Origin: the human T2T-CHM13v2.0 reference genome, Homo sapiens
Strand: one strand, 5' to 3'
DNA: 64,000 bases
NCBI RefSeq assembly: GCF_009914755.1
Contig: NC_060939.1
This document shows, one piece after another, positions 1 through 16,715 of the stretch. The position numbers and the translations under genes were made by a program. The stretch's first letter is position 1, and the number at the start of each line of letters is the position of its first letter. The notes under the pieces are model-generated. The model was not told where the DNA came from, did not search any database, and worked only from the letters and a program-made list of their open reading frames with translations.

Positions 1-3000
1 AAGTTCTGCCTACAGGAGCTTTTTGACATATCTCTGTACTGATCACTTAGGTGTTGTGACACTTTTATAATCACTGCCTACAGGGAATTTTGACAAACCT
101 CTGCATCACCTAGGTGATGTAACTCTTGTCTACACTCTGCCCAAAGGGGGCATTGTGAAATATCTCTGCACTGATCACAAAGGTGATTCAACTCTTGTGT
201 AGGATCTGCCTACAGGGGGTATTGTGAGATATCTCCGCACTGATCAACTAGGTGATGTAAATAGTGTCTAGGCTCTGCGTACAGGGGCATTTTCACATAT
301 CCCTGAACTGATGACAAAGGTGATGTAACCCTTGCCTGGGCATTGCCTACAGGGGATATTGTGACATACGTCTGCACTGATCACCCAGGTGATGCACCTG
401 TTCTCTATGCTCTGCCTACAGGGGACATTGTGACATATCTCTGCACTGATCACCCAGGTGATGTCACTTTTCTCAAGGATATGTCTACAGGGACATTGTG
501 ATATGTCACTGCACTGATCACACAGTTGATGTAACTACTGTGTAGGCTCTGGCTACAGGGGGCTTGTGACACATCTCTGCACTGATCACCCAGGTGATGT
601 AACCTTTGTCTAGGCTCTGCCAAAAGAGGGCATTATGACATAACTCTCCACTGATCACCCAGGTGATGGGACTCCTGTCTAGGCTAAGCCTACAGGGGCA
701 TTGTGACATATCTCTGCAGTGATCACGCAGGTGATATAACTCTTGTCTATATCTGCCTACTGGCGGCATTGTGGCATATTTCTGCACTGATCACCCAGGT
801 GATGGACTCTTGTCTTGGATCTGCCTATGGGGGCATAGTGACACGTCTCTGCAGTGATCACTCATGTGATGTAACGCTTGTCTAAGCTGCGTCTAAAGGG
901 GAGTTGTGACAGATATCTCCACTGATTACCCAGGTGATGTAACAAACAATTTTCCGCGATTTCTCTACAGGGCCTTTGTGACATATCTTTGCACTGATAA
1001 CCCTGGAGATGTAACTCTTGTCTAGGCTCGGCCTACAGGGGCTGTGTGACATATTTCTGCACTGATCACCCAGGAGATATAACTCTTGTTGAAGCTCTGC
1101 CTACAGGGGTTTTGTGACATATTTCTGTACTGATCACCCAGGTTATGTAACTCTTGTCTATGCTCCACCTACAGGGGGTATTGTGACGTATCTCTGCACT
1201 TCTCACACAGGTGATGTAACTCTTGTCTAGGCTCCACCTACAGGGTGTATTGTGACATATCTCTGCACTGATCACCCATGTGATGTAATATTTATCTAGG
1301 CTCTGCCTACTGGGGCGTTTTGACATAGCTCTGCACAGATCACCTGGGTTATGTAACTCTTGTCCACTCTCTGCCTAAAGGGGGCATTGTGAAATATCTC
1401 TGCACTGATCACCCAGGTGATGGGACTCTTCTCTATACTCTGCCTATAGGGGGATTTGTGACATATATCTGCACGGATCACCCAGGTGATGGAAGTCTTG
1501 TCTAGGCTCTGTCTATGGGGTCATTGTGTCAAATATCTGCACTGATCACCCAGGTGATGTAACTCTTCTCTAGGCTCTGTATACAAGGATTTTTGTGACG
1601 TATCACTGCCCTGATCACCTAGGTGATGTAAGCCTTGTATGGGCTTTGCGTACAGAAGGCTTTGTGACATATCTATGCACTGATCTCTGAGATGATGCAA
1701 CTCTTGTCTAGTCACTGCCTACAGAGGACATTGGTACATATCTCTGCACTGATCACCCAGGTGATGGACTCTTGTCTTAGATCTGCCTACATGGACATTT
1801 TGACACATCTCTGACCTGATCAACCAAGTGATGAAACTCTTGCCTAGGCTCTGCCTAAATGGGCTTTGTGACACATCTCTGAACTGTTCACCCTGGGGAG
1901 GGAACTCTAGTCTACGCTCTGCCTACAGGGGGCATTGTGAAATATCTCTGCACTGATCACCCAGGTGATGGGACTCTTCTTTATCCTCTGCCTATAGGGG
2001 GATTTGTGACATATATCTGCACAGATCACCCAGGTGATGGAAGTCTTGTCTAGGCTCTGTCTATGGGAGCATTATGTCAAATATCTGCACTGATCACCCA
2101 GGTGATGTAACTCTTGTCTAGGCTCTGTCTACAGGGATTTTTCTGACACATCACTGCCCTGATCACCTAGGTGATGTAAGCCGTGTATGGGCTTTGCGTA
2201 CAGAAGGCTTTGTGACATATCTATGCACTGATCTCTGAGGTGATGCAACTCTTGTCTAGTCACTGCCTATAGAGGACATTGGTACATATCTCTGCAGTGA
2301 TCACCCAGGTGATGGACTCTTGTCTTAGATCTGCCTACATGGACATTTTGACACATCTCTGACCTGATCAACCAAGTGATGAAACTCTTGCCTAGGCTCT
2401 GCCTAAATGGGCTTTGTGACACATCTCTGAACTGTTCACCCTGGGGAGGGAACTCTAGTCTACGCTCTGCCTACAGGAGGCTTTTTGAGTTATACCTGCA
2501 CTGATCATCTAGGTGATGTAACACTGGTCTAGAGTCTCCCTTCACCGGAATCCTCACATATCTCTGCACTGATCACCCAGTTGATGTAACTCATTTCTAG
2601 ATTCAGACTACAGGAGTGTTTTGACATATCTCTGCACTGATCAACCAGTTGATGTAACCCTTGACTAAGCTCTGCCTACAGGGGCATTGTGGCAGATCTC
2701 TCCACTGCTCACCCAGGTGATGTAACAATTGTCTGGGCTTTGCCTACAGGGGGCTTTGTGATATACATTTCCACTGATCAAACAGGCGATGTAACCCTTG
2801 GCAAATTTCTGCTTACAGGGGTATTGTGAAATAACTCTGCACTGATCAACTAGGGGATGTAACTCTTGTCTAGGCTCTCCCTACATGGGTGTTTTCACAT
2901 ATCCCTGAACTGATGAGAAAGATGATGTAACTCTTGCCTAGGCTTTGCCTACAGGGGATATTGTGACATATCTCTGCACTGATCTCCCAGGTGATGCAAC

Positions 3001-6000
3001 TCTACTCTATGCTCTGCCTACAGGGGACATAGTGACATATCTCTGCACTGATCACCCAGGTGATGGGACTTTTGTCTAGGCTCTGCCTATGGGTGCATTG
3101 TGACATATCTCTACACTGATCACTCTGGTGATGTAACTCTTGTGTTGGATCTGCCTATGGGGGCATTGTGACATATTTCTGCACTGATCACCCAAGTGAT
3201 GGGACTCTTATCTAGGCTCTGTGTATGGGTGCTTTGTGACATATGTCTGCACTGATCACCAAGGTGATGTAACGCTAGACTAGGCTCTGCCTACGAGGCA
3301 TAGTGACAATCACCGCATTGATCACCGAGGTGATGTAACGCTTGTCCAGGCTCTGCCTATACGGCGCCTTGTGACATATCTCTGCAGTGATCATGGAGGT
3401 AATGTAACTCTTGCTTGTGCTCTGACTGCAGGGCAGAGATATTGTCAAATATTTCTGTAATGATCACCCAGGTGATGGAACTCTTCTCTAGGCTCTGCCT
3501 ACTGGGGGCATTGTCACATGTTTCTGCACTGATCACCCAGGTGACGGACTCTTGTCTTGGATTTGCCTATGGGGGCATTGTGACATATCTCTGCACTGAT
3601 CACCCAGGTGATGTAACTCTGGTCCAAGATCTGCCTAGAGGGGCATTGTGACAGATCTCTGCACTGATCACTCAGGTGATGCAACTCTTGTCTATGCTCT
3701 GCTCATAAGGGCCTTGCACATATCTCTGCACTGATCACCCAGGTGATGTAACTGTTGTCTAGGCTCTGCTTACAAAGGGTATTGTGACATATCTCTGCAC
3801 TGATCACCTAAGTGATGTAACACTTGTGTAGGCTCTCCCTACAGGGGCATTCTAACATATCTCTGCATTGTTAACCGAGGTGATGTAACCCTTGTCTAGG
3901 CTGTGCCCACAGGGGTATTGAGACATATCTCTGCACTGATCCCGAGGTGATCCAACTCTTTCCTCGTGTCTGCCTACTGGGGATATTGTGAAATGTCTCT
4001 GCACTGATCTCCCAGGTGCTGTAACCTTAGTCTAGGCTCCAGCTACACGGCATTGTGACATATCACTGCACTGATCACCCACGTGATATAACTCTTGTCT
4101 AGGCTCTGCCTACAGGGGCTTGTGAAATATCTCTGCACTGATCACCCAGGTGATATAACTCTTCTCTAGGATCTGCCTACAGGGTGCTTTGTGACATATC
4201 CCTGCAATGATCACCCAGGTGATATACCACTTGTCAAGGCTCTGCCTACAGGGGCGTTGCGATGTATCTCTGCACTGATAACCTAGGACATGTAACGCTT
4301 GTCTAGGCTCTGCCTACAGTGGCATTGGGACTTATCTCAGCAATGATCATCCAAGTGATGTATCTCTTGTCTAGGATCTGCCTAAAGGGACTTTGTGACA
4401 TAACTCTGCACTGATCATCCAGGTGATGGGGCTTTTGTCTAGGCTCTGCCTAAGGGGGCATTGTGACATATTTCTGCATTGATCACCCAGGTGACAGACA
4501 ATTGTCTTTGATTTGCCTATGGGGACATTGTTACATATCTCTGCACTGATCACCCAGGTGATGTAACAGTTGTATAAGCTCTGCCTACAGGGGAATTGTG
4601 AGAGATCTCGCCACTGATCACCCAAGTGATGTAACTATTGTCTAGGCTTTGCCTACATGGGGCTTTGTGACATACCTTTGCACTGATCACCCAGGTGACG
4701 TAACTCATCTAAGTTCTGCCTACAGGAGCTTTGTGACATATTTCTACACTGATCACTTAGGTGATGTAACACTTTAATAAGCACTGCCTACAGGGAATTT
4801 TGACAAATCTCCGCACTGATCACCTAGGTGATGTAACTCTTGTCTACCCTCTGCCCAAAGGGGGCATTGTGAAATATCTCTGCACTGATCACCCAGGTGA
4901 TTCAACTCTTGTCTAGGATCTGCCTACATGGGTTATTGTGAAATATCTCTGCACGGATGAACTAGGTGATGTTACTCTTGTCTAGGCTCTGCCTACAGGG
5001 GCGTTTTCACATATCCCTGAACTGATGACAAAGGTGATGTAACTCTTGCCTGGGCTTTGCCTACAGGGGACATTGTGACATATCTCTGCACTAATCACCC
5101 AGGTGATGCAACTCTTCTCTATGCTCTGTCTACAGGGGACATTGTGACATAACTCTTAACTGATCACCCAGGTGATGCAACTCTTCTCTAAGCTCTGCCT
5201 ACAGGGTGCATTGTGACGTATCTCTGCACTGATCACCCAGATGATGTAACTCTTTTCTAGTCTCTGCCTACGGAAGGCGTTGTAACATCACTCTGCACGT
5301 ATCACCTGGGTTATGTAACTCTTGTCTAGGCTCTGCCTTTGGGGGCATTGTGACTTATCTCTGCACTGATAACGCAGGAGATGTGACACTTGTCTAAGCT
5401 CTGCTGAGAGGCACATTGGGACATGTCCCTGCAGTGATTGCTGAGGTGATCTAAAAGTTGTCTAGGCTTTACCTACAGTGGGATTTATGACATATCTCTG
5501 CACTGATCACCCAGGTGATGTAACTCTTTTCTAGGCTCTGCTAACAGGGGACTTTTCACATATCACTGCACTGATCACCGAGATGATGTAACTCTTGTAT
5601 AGGTTTCGCCGACTGGGGGCATTGAGACATATCTCTGTGCTGATCACCGAGGTGATGTAACTCTTGTCTGGGATCTGCTTACAGGGGTCATTGTGACATA
5701 TCTCTTCCCTGATCACCCAGGTGATGAAACGCTTGTCTAGGCTCTGCCTCCTGGAAATATTGTGACATATCTCCGCAGTGATCACTCAGGTGATGTCACT
5801 TTTGTGAAGGATATGGCTACAGGGACATTGTGACATGTCTCTGCACTGATCACACAGCTGATGTAACTCTTGTCTAGGCTCTGGCTACAGGGGGCTTATG
5901 ACACATCCCTAAACTGATCACCCAGGTAATGTAACCATAGTCTAGGCTCTGCCAAAAGGGGGCATTGTGACATAACTCTGCACTGATCACCCAGGTGATG

Positions 6001-7939
6001 GGACTCTTGTCTAGGCTCTGCCTACAGGGGCATTGTGACATATCTCTGCACTGATCAAGCGGGTGATGTAACTCTTGTCTATATCTGCCTACTGGCGGCA
6101 TTGTGGCATATTTGTGCACTGATCACCCAGATGATGGACTCTTGTCTTGGATCTGCCTATGGGGGCATAGTGACATATCTCTGCACTGATCACTTATGTG
6201 ATGTAATGCTTGTCTAAGCTGCGCCTAAAGGGGAAATGGAACAGATATCTCCACTGACCGCCCAGGTGAGGTAACAATTTTCTGGGATTTTCTACAGGGG
6301 GCTTTGTGACATATATTTGCACTGATCACCCAGGAGATGTGACTCTTGTCTAGGCTCGGCCTACAGGGGCTTTGTGACATATTTCTGCACTGATCACCTA
6401 GGTGATGTAACTCTTGTCTAGGCTCCAACTACAGGAGGTATTCTGACGTATCTCTGCACTGATCACACAGGTGATGTAACTCTTGTCTAGGCTCCACCTA
6501 CAGGGTGTATTGAGAGGTATCGCTACACTGATCACCCAGGTGATGTAACATTTATCTAGGCTCTGCCTACTGGGGCGTTTTGACATAGCTCTGCACAGAT
6601 CACATAGGTTATGTAACTCTTGTCCACTCTCTGCCTACAGGGGGCATTGTGAAATATCTCTGCACTGATCACCCAGGTGATGGGACTCTTCTCTATACTC
6701 TGCCTAGAGGTGGATTTGTGACATATCTCTGCACTGATCACCCAGGTGATGGAAGTCTTGCCTAGGCTCTGTCTATGGGGGCATTGTATCAAATATCTGC
6801 ACTGATCCCCCAGGTGTTGTAACTCTTGTCTAGGCTCTGTCTACAGGGATTTTTGTGACATATCACTGCACTCATCACCTAGGTGATGTAAGCCTTGTAT
6901 GGGCTTTGCCTACAGAAGGCTTTGTGACATATCTATGCACTGACCTCTGAGGTGATGCAACTCTTGTCTAGGCACTGCCTACAGGGGACATTGGTACATC
7001 TCTCTGCACTGATCGCCCAGGTGATGGCCTCTTGTCTTATATCTGCCTACATGGACATTGTGGCACATCTCTGAACAGATCGAGCAAGTGATGAAATTCT
7101 TGTCTAGGCTCTGCCTACGGGGGCTTTGAGTACACATCTCTGTACTGATCACCCTGGGGAGGGAACTCTTGTCTACTCTCTGCCTACAAGAGGCTTTATG
7201 ACTTATACCTGCACTGGTAACCTAGGTGATGTAACACTTGTCTAGGCTCTGTCTACACGGGAATTCTCACATGTCTCTGCACTGATCACCCGGGTGATGG
7301 AACTCCTGTCTAGGTTCAGCCTACAGGAGGGTTTTGACATATCTCTGCACTGATCATCCAGGTGATGTAACCCTTTTCTAAGCTCTGCCTCCAGGGACAT
7401 TGTGACAGATCTCTCCACTGCTCAACCAGGTGATGTAACAATTGTCTGGACTTTGCTTACAGGGGGCTTTGTGATATAAATTTCTAGTGATCAAACAGGT
7501 GATGTAACCCTTGTCAAGGTTCTGCTTACAGGGGCTTTGTGACATACCTCTGCACTGATCACCCCAGGGAGGAAACATTTGTCTACACTCTGACTACAGG
7601 GGGCTTTAGGACTTATCCCTGCACTGATCACTAGGTGATGGAACACTTGTCTAGGCTCTGTCTACATGGGAATTTTCACATATATCTACACTGATCACCT
7701 AAGTGATGTAACCCTTGTCTAGGTTCAGCCTATTGGGGATTTCTGACATACCTATGCACTGATCACCGAGGTGATGTAAATCATTTCCAGGCTTTTTGTA
7801 CAGGGGACATTGTGATATATCTCTGCACTGATCACCCAAATGATGCAAATATTCTCTGGGCTCCGCAGGGAGGGGGCATTGTGATATATTTCTGAACTGA
7901 TCATCCAGGAGATGTAACTATTCTCCAGGCTTTGAGTGA
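1..7939 (-). repeat. Beta satellite (68-bp Sau3A/BSR) array
   Basis: Tandem ~68-bp monomers; the minus strand reads GATCAGTGCAGAGATATGTCACAATGCCCCTGTAGGCAGAGCCTAGACAAGAGTTACATCACCTGGGT, the beta-satellite consensus. Confidence 0.97.
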
Positions 7940-8274
7940 AGAGCGTTGGAAGGTGTTGGGAGAGCCTCAGCCGGAATTTCACGGATGGACAGGGGCACAG
8001 AGGGGCCAGCAGGCTCCCTTGCACATTAGCCGGGGTGCGCAATGAGCGCAGGTCTAGCCAGGAGGCCAGCAAATAGAGCTATAGGTCTGCGTTCTGATGC
8101 CAGGCGCTCCATGGTTGCAGCTGGGGGGCTACAGGGGCACGGGCCGGCCGGCGACGGTGGCGCTGAGGCGCAGAGGAGGCGAGCCGCTGGAAAGGTGTCA
8201 GGCCTGCACGGTGTGCGGGCCCATTGTTTTGAGGGACGGGGGTCTACACCCAGCCCAGGTGGGGACGTATTTTC
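7940..8274 (-). repeat. 3' end (pLAM/exon-3-like and intron-2-like part) of a D4Z4-like cassette, cut off by the inversion junction
   Basis: Collinear with 32122-32455 and 39022-39356 up to GGACGTATTTTC, then the sequence switches abruptly to plus-strand DUX coding sequence. Confidence 0.9.
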
Positions 8275-9276
8275 TCAAGTGGGGCCACAGGGCCAAGGTG
8301 TGCTTGCGCCACCCACGTCCCAGGGGAGTCATTGTTGGGGCAGCGGCCGGGGTCCCCAGGTTGCCAGGGCGGCATGGGAACCCCAAGCCGGGGCAGCTCC
8401 ACCTCGCCAGCCTGCGCCCCCGGAGGTCTCTGTGCGGCAGGGGCAGATGTAAGGCATGCCGGTGCCCTCCAAGGTCTGCACTCCCCTCCGGCCTGCTGCT
8501 GGATGAGCTCCTTGCGGGCCCAGAGATTTTGCAGCAGGTGCAACTCTCCTAGAATCGGAGGCCCCGGGTGAGCTGGAGGCCTTCTAAGGGGTCGCCTCGC
8601 TGGAAGCACCCCTCAGCGAGGAAGAATACCGGGCTCTGCTGGAGGAGATTTAGGACGCGGGGATGGGAAGGGGTCGGGTCGGGGCAGGGCATTGGCCTCT
8701 CTTTCACGGGGAACACCTGGCTGGCTACGGAGGAGCGTGTCTTCCACCCGCCCCATCCCCTGGGCTGACCGGCCTGGGATTCCTGACTTCTTGGTCTAGG
8801 CCCGGTGAGAGACTCCACAGAGCGTAGAACTGCCATTCTTTCCTGGGCATCCCAGGGATCCCCGAGCGGGCCCAGGTACCAACAGGTGGGCCGCCTACTA
8901 CACACGCGCGGGTTTGCAGGCAGCCGCCTGGGCTGTGGGAGCAGCCCGGGCTGAGCTCTCATGCCTTTCCACCACCCCACCCCCGCCTGACCACACCTTC
9001 CCCACCCCCACCCCCCACCCCCGGGAAATGCATCCTCCCCTGGGCTGGGTGGAGACCCCCGTACCGCGAAACACCGGGCCTGCGCAGCGTCCAGGCCTGA
9101 CAACCCTCCGGCGGCTCTCCTCCTCTGTGCCTCTGGGCCACAGTCGCCGGCCAGCCTGTGCCCCTGCAGCCTCTCAGCTGCCACCATGGAGCGCCTGGCG
9201 GTGGAACGCAGACATCTAGCTCTCTTTGCCGGCCTCCTGGCTAGACCTGCGCTCATTGTGCACCCTGGCTGTCGTG
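8275..9276 (+). pseudogene. DUX4-like 3' fragment (C-terminal coding remnant, intron 1/exon 2-like, KpnI site, start of exon 3)
   Basis: Encodes [18 protein letters not shown]...QGQM*, LLLDELL and ...EEI with TAG at 8651-8653. It has internal stops and a small deletion. GGTACC lies at 8875-8880. It ends ~30 bp after CTAG|ACCTGCG and joins satellite. Confidence 0.9.
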
Positions 9277-12200
9277 GTGTTGTTGCATCACCAGGGTGAT
9301 CCGTGGAGATATCTGTCACAATTCCCCTTCAGGCACAGCTATGACAAGCGTTACATCACATGAGTGATCAGTGCAGAGATATGTCACTATGACCCCATAG
9401 GCAGATCCAAGACAAGAGTCCATCACCTGGGTGATCAGTGCAGAAATATGCCACAGTGCCACCAGTAGGCAGATATAGACAAGACTTACATCACTTGGGT
9501 TATCACTGCAGAGATATGTCACAATGCCCCTGTAGGCAGAGCCTAGAGACAAGTCCCATCACCTGGGTGATCAGTGCAGAGTTATGTCACAATGCCCCCT
9601 TTTGGCAGAGCCTAGACAAGGGTTGCATCACCTGGGTGATTAGTGCAGAGATGTGTCACAAGCCCCCTGTAGCCAGAGCCTAGACAAGAGTTACATCAGC
9701 TGTGTGATCAGTGCAGTGACATGTCACAATGTCCCTGTAGCCATTTCCTAGACAAAAGTGACATCACCTGGGTGATCAGTGCGGAGATACGTCACAATGT
9801 CTCCAGTAGGCAGAGCCTAGACAAGCGTTACATCACCTGGGTGATCAGGGCAGAGATATGTCACAATGCCCCTGTAAGCATATCCCAGACAAGAGTTGCA
9901 TCACCTCGGTGATCAGTGCAGAGATATGTCTCAATGCCCCCTGTCGGCGAAGCCTATACTAGAGTTACATCATCTCGGTGATCAGTGCAGTGATTTGTCA
10001 AAATGCTCCTGTAGGCAGAGCCTAGACAAGAGTTAAATCACCTGGGTAAGCAGTGCATAGATATGTCATAAATCCCACTGTAGGCAGAGCCTAGACAAGT
10101 TTTACATCACCTCAGTGATCAGTGCAGAGATATGTCCTAATGTCCCTCTAGGCAGAGCTTAGACAAGAGTCACATCTCCTGGGTGATCAGTGCAGAAATA
10201 AGTCACAATACCCCCATAGGCAGAGACTAGACAAGAGTTACATAACCCGAGTGATCCCTGCAGTGTGATGTCAAAACGACCTCTGTAGGCAGAGACTAGA
10301 AAAGGGTTACATCACCTGGGTGATCAGTGAAGAGATATGTCAAAATGCCCCCTGTAGGCAGAGCATAGAGAAGAGTTGCATCACCTGTGTGATCAGTGTA
10401 GAGATATGTCACAACGTCCCCTGTAGGCAAAGCCTAGGCAAGAGTTACATCACCTTTGTCATCAGTTCAGGGATATTTTGAAACGCCCCTGTAGGCAGAT
10501 TCTAGACAAGAGTTACTTCACCTAGTGGATCAGTGCAGAGATATTTCACAATACCCCCTGTGGGCAGATCCTAGACAAGAGCTGAATCAACTGGGTGATC
10601 AGTGCAGAGATATTTCACAGTGCCCCCTTTGGGCAGAGGGTAGACAAGAGTAACATCCCCTAGGGATCAGTGCAGAGATTTGTCAAAATTCCCTGTAGGC
10701 AGTGCTTATAAAAGTGTTACATCACCTAAGTGATCAGTGCAAATATATGTCACAAAGCTCCTGTTGGCAGAACTTAGATGAGTTACATCAACTGGGTGAT
10801 CAGTGCAAAGGTATGTCACAACGCCCCGTCTAGGCAAAGCCTAGACAATAGTTACATCACTTGAGTGATCAGTGGTGAGATCTCTCACTATTCCCCTGTT
10901 AGTAGAGCTTACACAACAGTTACATCACCTGGGTGATCAGTGCAGAGATATCTCACAATGTCCCCATAGGCAGATCCAAGACAAGAGTCCGTCACCTGGG
11001 TGATCAGTGCAGAAATATATCACAATGCCCTCTTAGGCAGAGCCTAGACAAAAGCCCCATCACTTGGATGATCAGTGTAGAGTTATGTCACAAAGTCCCT
11101 TTAGGCAGATCCTAGACAAGATTTACATCACTTGGATGATCAGTGCAGAGATATGTCACAATGCCACTGTAGGCAGAGCCTAGACAAGAGTTACGTGACC
11201 TAGGTGATCAGTGCAGAGATACATCACAATGTCCCTGTAGGCAGAGCCTTGACAAGTGGTACATCACCTGGGTGATCATTGCAGGGATATGTCACAAAAC
11301 ACCCTGTAGGTAGATTGTAGATAAGAGTTACATCACCTGGGTGATCAGTGCAGTGACATTTCACAATGCCACTGTAGGCAGAGCCTAGACAAGAGTTATA
11401 TCACCTCGATGATAAATGCAGTCATATGTCACAATGCCGTGTAGCCAGAGCCTAGACTAAAGTTGCAGCACCTGAGAAATCAGTGCAAAGATATGTCACA
11501 ATCTCCCCAGTAGGCAGAGAACAGGCAAGATTTGGATCACCAAGGAATCAGTGCAGAGATGTGTCTCAATCCCCCTCTGGGCAAAACTTAGACAAGAGTT
11601 ACATCACCTCAGTTAACAGTGCAGAGATATGTCAAAATGCCCCTGTAGGCAGAGCCTACAGAAGTGTTACATCACTTAGGTGATCAGTGCAGAAATATGT
11701 CACAATACCCCCTATAAACAGAGCCTAGACAAGAGTTACATCACCTGGGTGATCAGTGCAGAGGTATGTGACAAGGCCCCTTTAAGCAGAGCCTGGAAAA
11801 TAGTTACATCACCTGAGTGATCAGTGCAGAGATCTGTCACCATGCCCCTTTAGGCAGAGCTTAGACCAGAGTTACATCACCTGGGTGATCAGGGCAGAGA
11901 TATCTCAAAATGCCCCTATAGGCAAATACAATAATCAATAATGTCACCTGGGTGATCGGTGCAAACATATGTGACAATGCCCCCAGTAGGCAGAGCCTAG
12001 AGAAGAGTCCCATCACCTGGGTGATCAGTGCAGAGATATTTCACAATGCCCCTGCAGGCAGAGCATAAGCAAGAGTTACATCACCTAGATGATCAGTGCA
12101 GAGATATGTCACAAAGCCCCCTATACGCAGAGCATGGAGAAGAGTTACATCACCTTGGTGATCTCTGCAGTGATATGTCCCTATGCCCTGTAGGTAGAGC

Positions 12201-12588
12201 CTAGTCAAGCATTACATCACCTGGGTAATCAGTGCAGAGTTATGTCACAAAGCCCCCATACACAGAGCCTAGACAAGAGTCCCATCACCTGGATGATCAG
12301 TGTAGAAATATGTCACAATGCCTCCATAGGCAGATCCAACACGAGAGTTACATCACCTGGGTGATCAGTGTAGAGATATGTCACAATGCCCCCATAGGCA
12401 GAGCCTAGACAAAAGTCCCATCACCTGGGTGATCAGTGTAGAGATATGTCACAATGCCCCCATAGGCAGAGCCTAGACAAAAGTCCCATCACCTGGGTGA
12501 TCAGTGCAGAGATATGTCACAAAGCCCCTGTAGACAGAGCCTAGACAAGAGTTACATCACTTTGTTGATCAGTTCAGAGATGTATCAG
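9277..12588 (+). repeat. Beta satellite array in inverted orientation
   Basis: The consensus GATCAGTGCAGAGATATGTCACAATG reads on the plus strand, opposite to every other satellite block in the window. Confidence 0.97.
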
Positions 12589-16104
<3,516 letters not shown>

Positions 16105-16715
16105 CGGTGAGCCCTGGGACAGCCCGCCCACCCCAGAATGGTCCCAGAGCTTCGAGGCCTGCTGCCGGGGGGTGGTGGTTTAGGGTGGGAGGGTGTGGTG
16201 ATGGTGGTGGTGGGGACGGAGAGACAAAGAGGAAGGGGGCGAGGGGGAAGGGGTGAGGGGGGCGCGTTTCGCGGGCTGGCTCTCCAGACATCTCCAGGAA
16301 CCCCTCGGGAACTGGAAGCCGCTCTCTACGCTCCCAAGCATCTTCAGCAGGGAGAAACCGGCCTGGGAGGGTGGAAGGGAGTGTGGAACTGAACCTCCGC
16401 GGGAGTCTTGAGTGTTCCAGGCCCTCCCTCTGCGAAGGAGGCAGTGCCTGTGGGTGTTGCCGTTGCTGGGACAGTCTCACACACGCAGGCGTGTGGCTCT
16501 CATTCATTTCCACGTAGGAGACCAGAGCGAGAGCCCAGAAAGAAGGTGCCTCCCCGACGTGATGGCCTGACGATGGATTCCCGTGTGCTGCAACATGGGG
16601 AGTCTGCAGTTTGGCCGATTTGGAAACGCAAAGAGAGCGAAGGCACCATGTCAGTCTTCCACCTTTCCCTGAATGTTTCCGGGTGCCTGCAGTGCTCCGG
16701 GAGCAAATAGTCAGC

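Noticed and set aside
268-7578. Dozens of 60-120-aa ORFs with ITWVISAEICHN-type repeats here and in all satellite blocks
   Set aside because: These are translations of the 68-bp monomer, mostly with non-ATG starts. There is no gene structure, and the Cys/His spacing is not a real zinc finger.
1-7939. CRISPR-like look of a conserved palindromic core plus variable segments
   Set aside because: The variable parts are homologous monomer variants rather than unique spacers, there are no cas genes, and the context is primate satellite.
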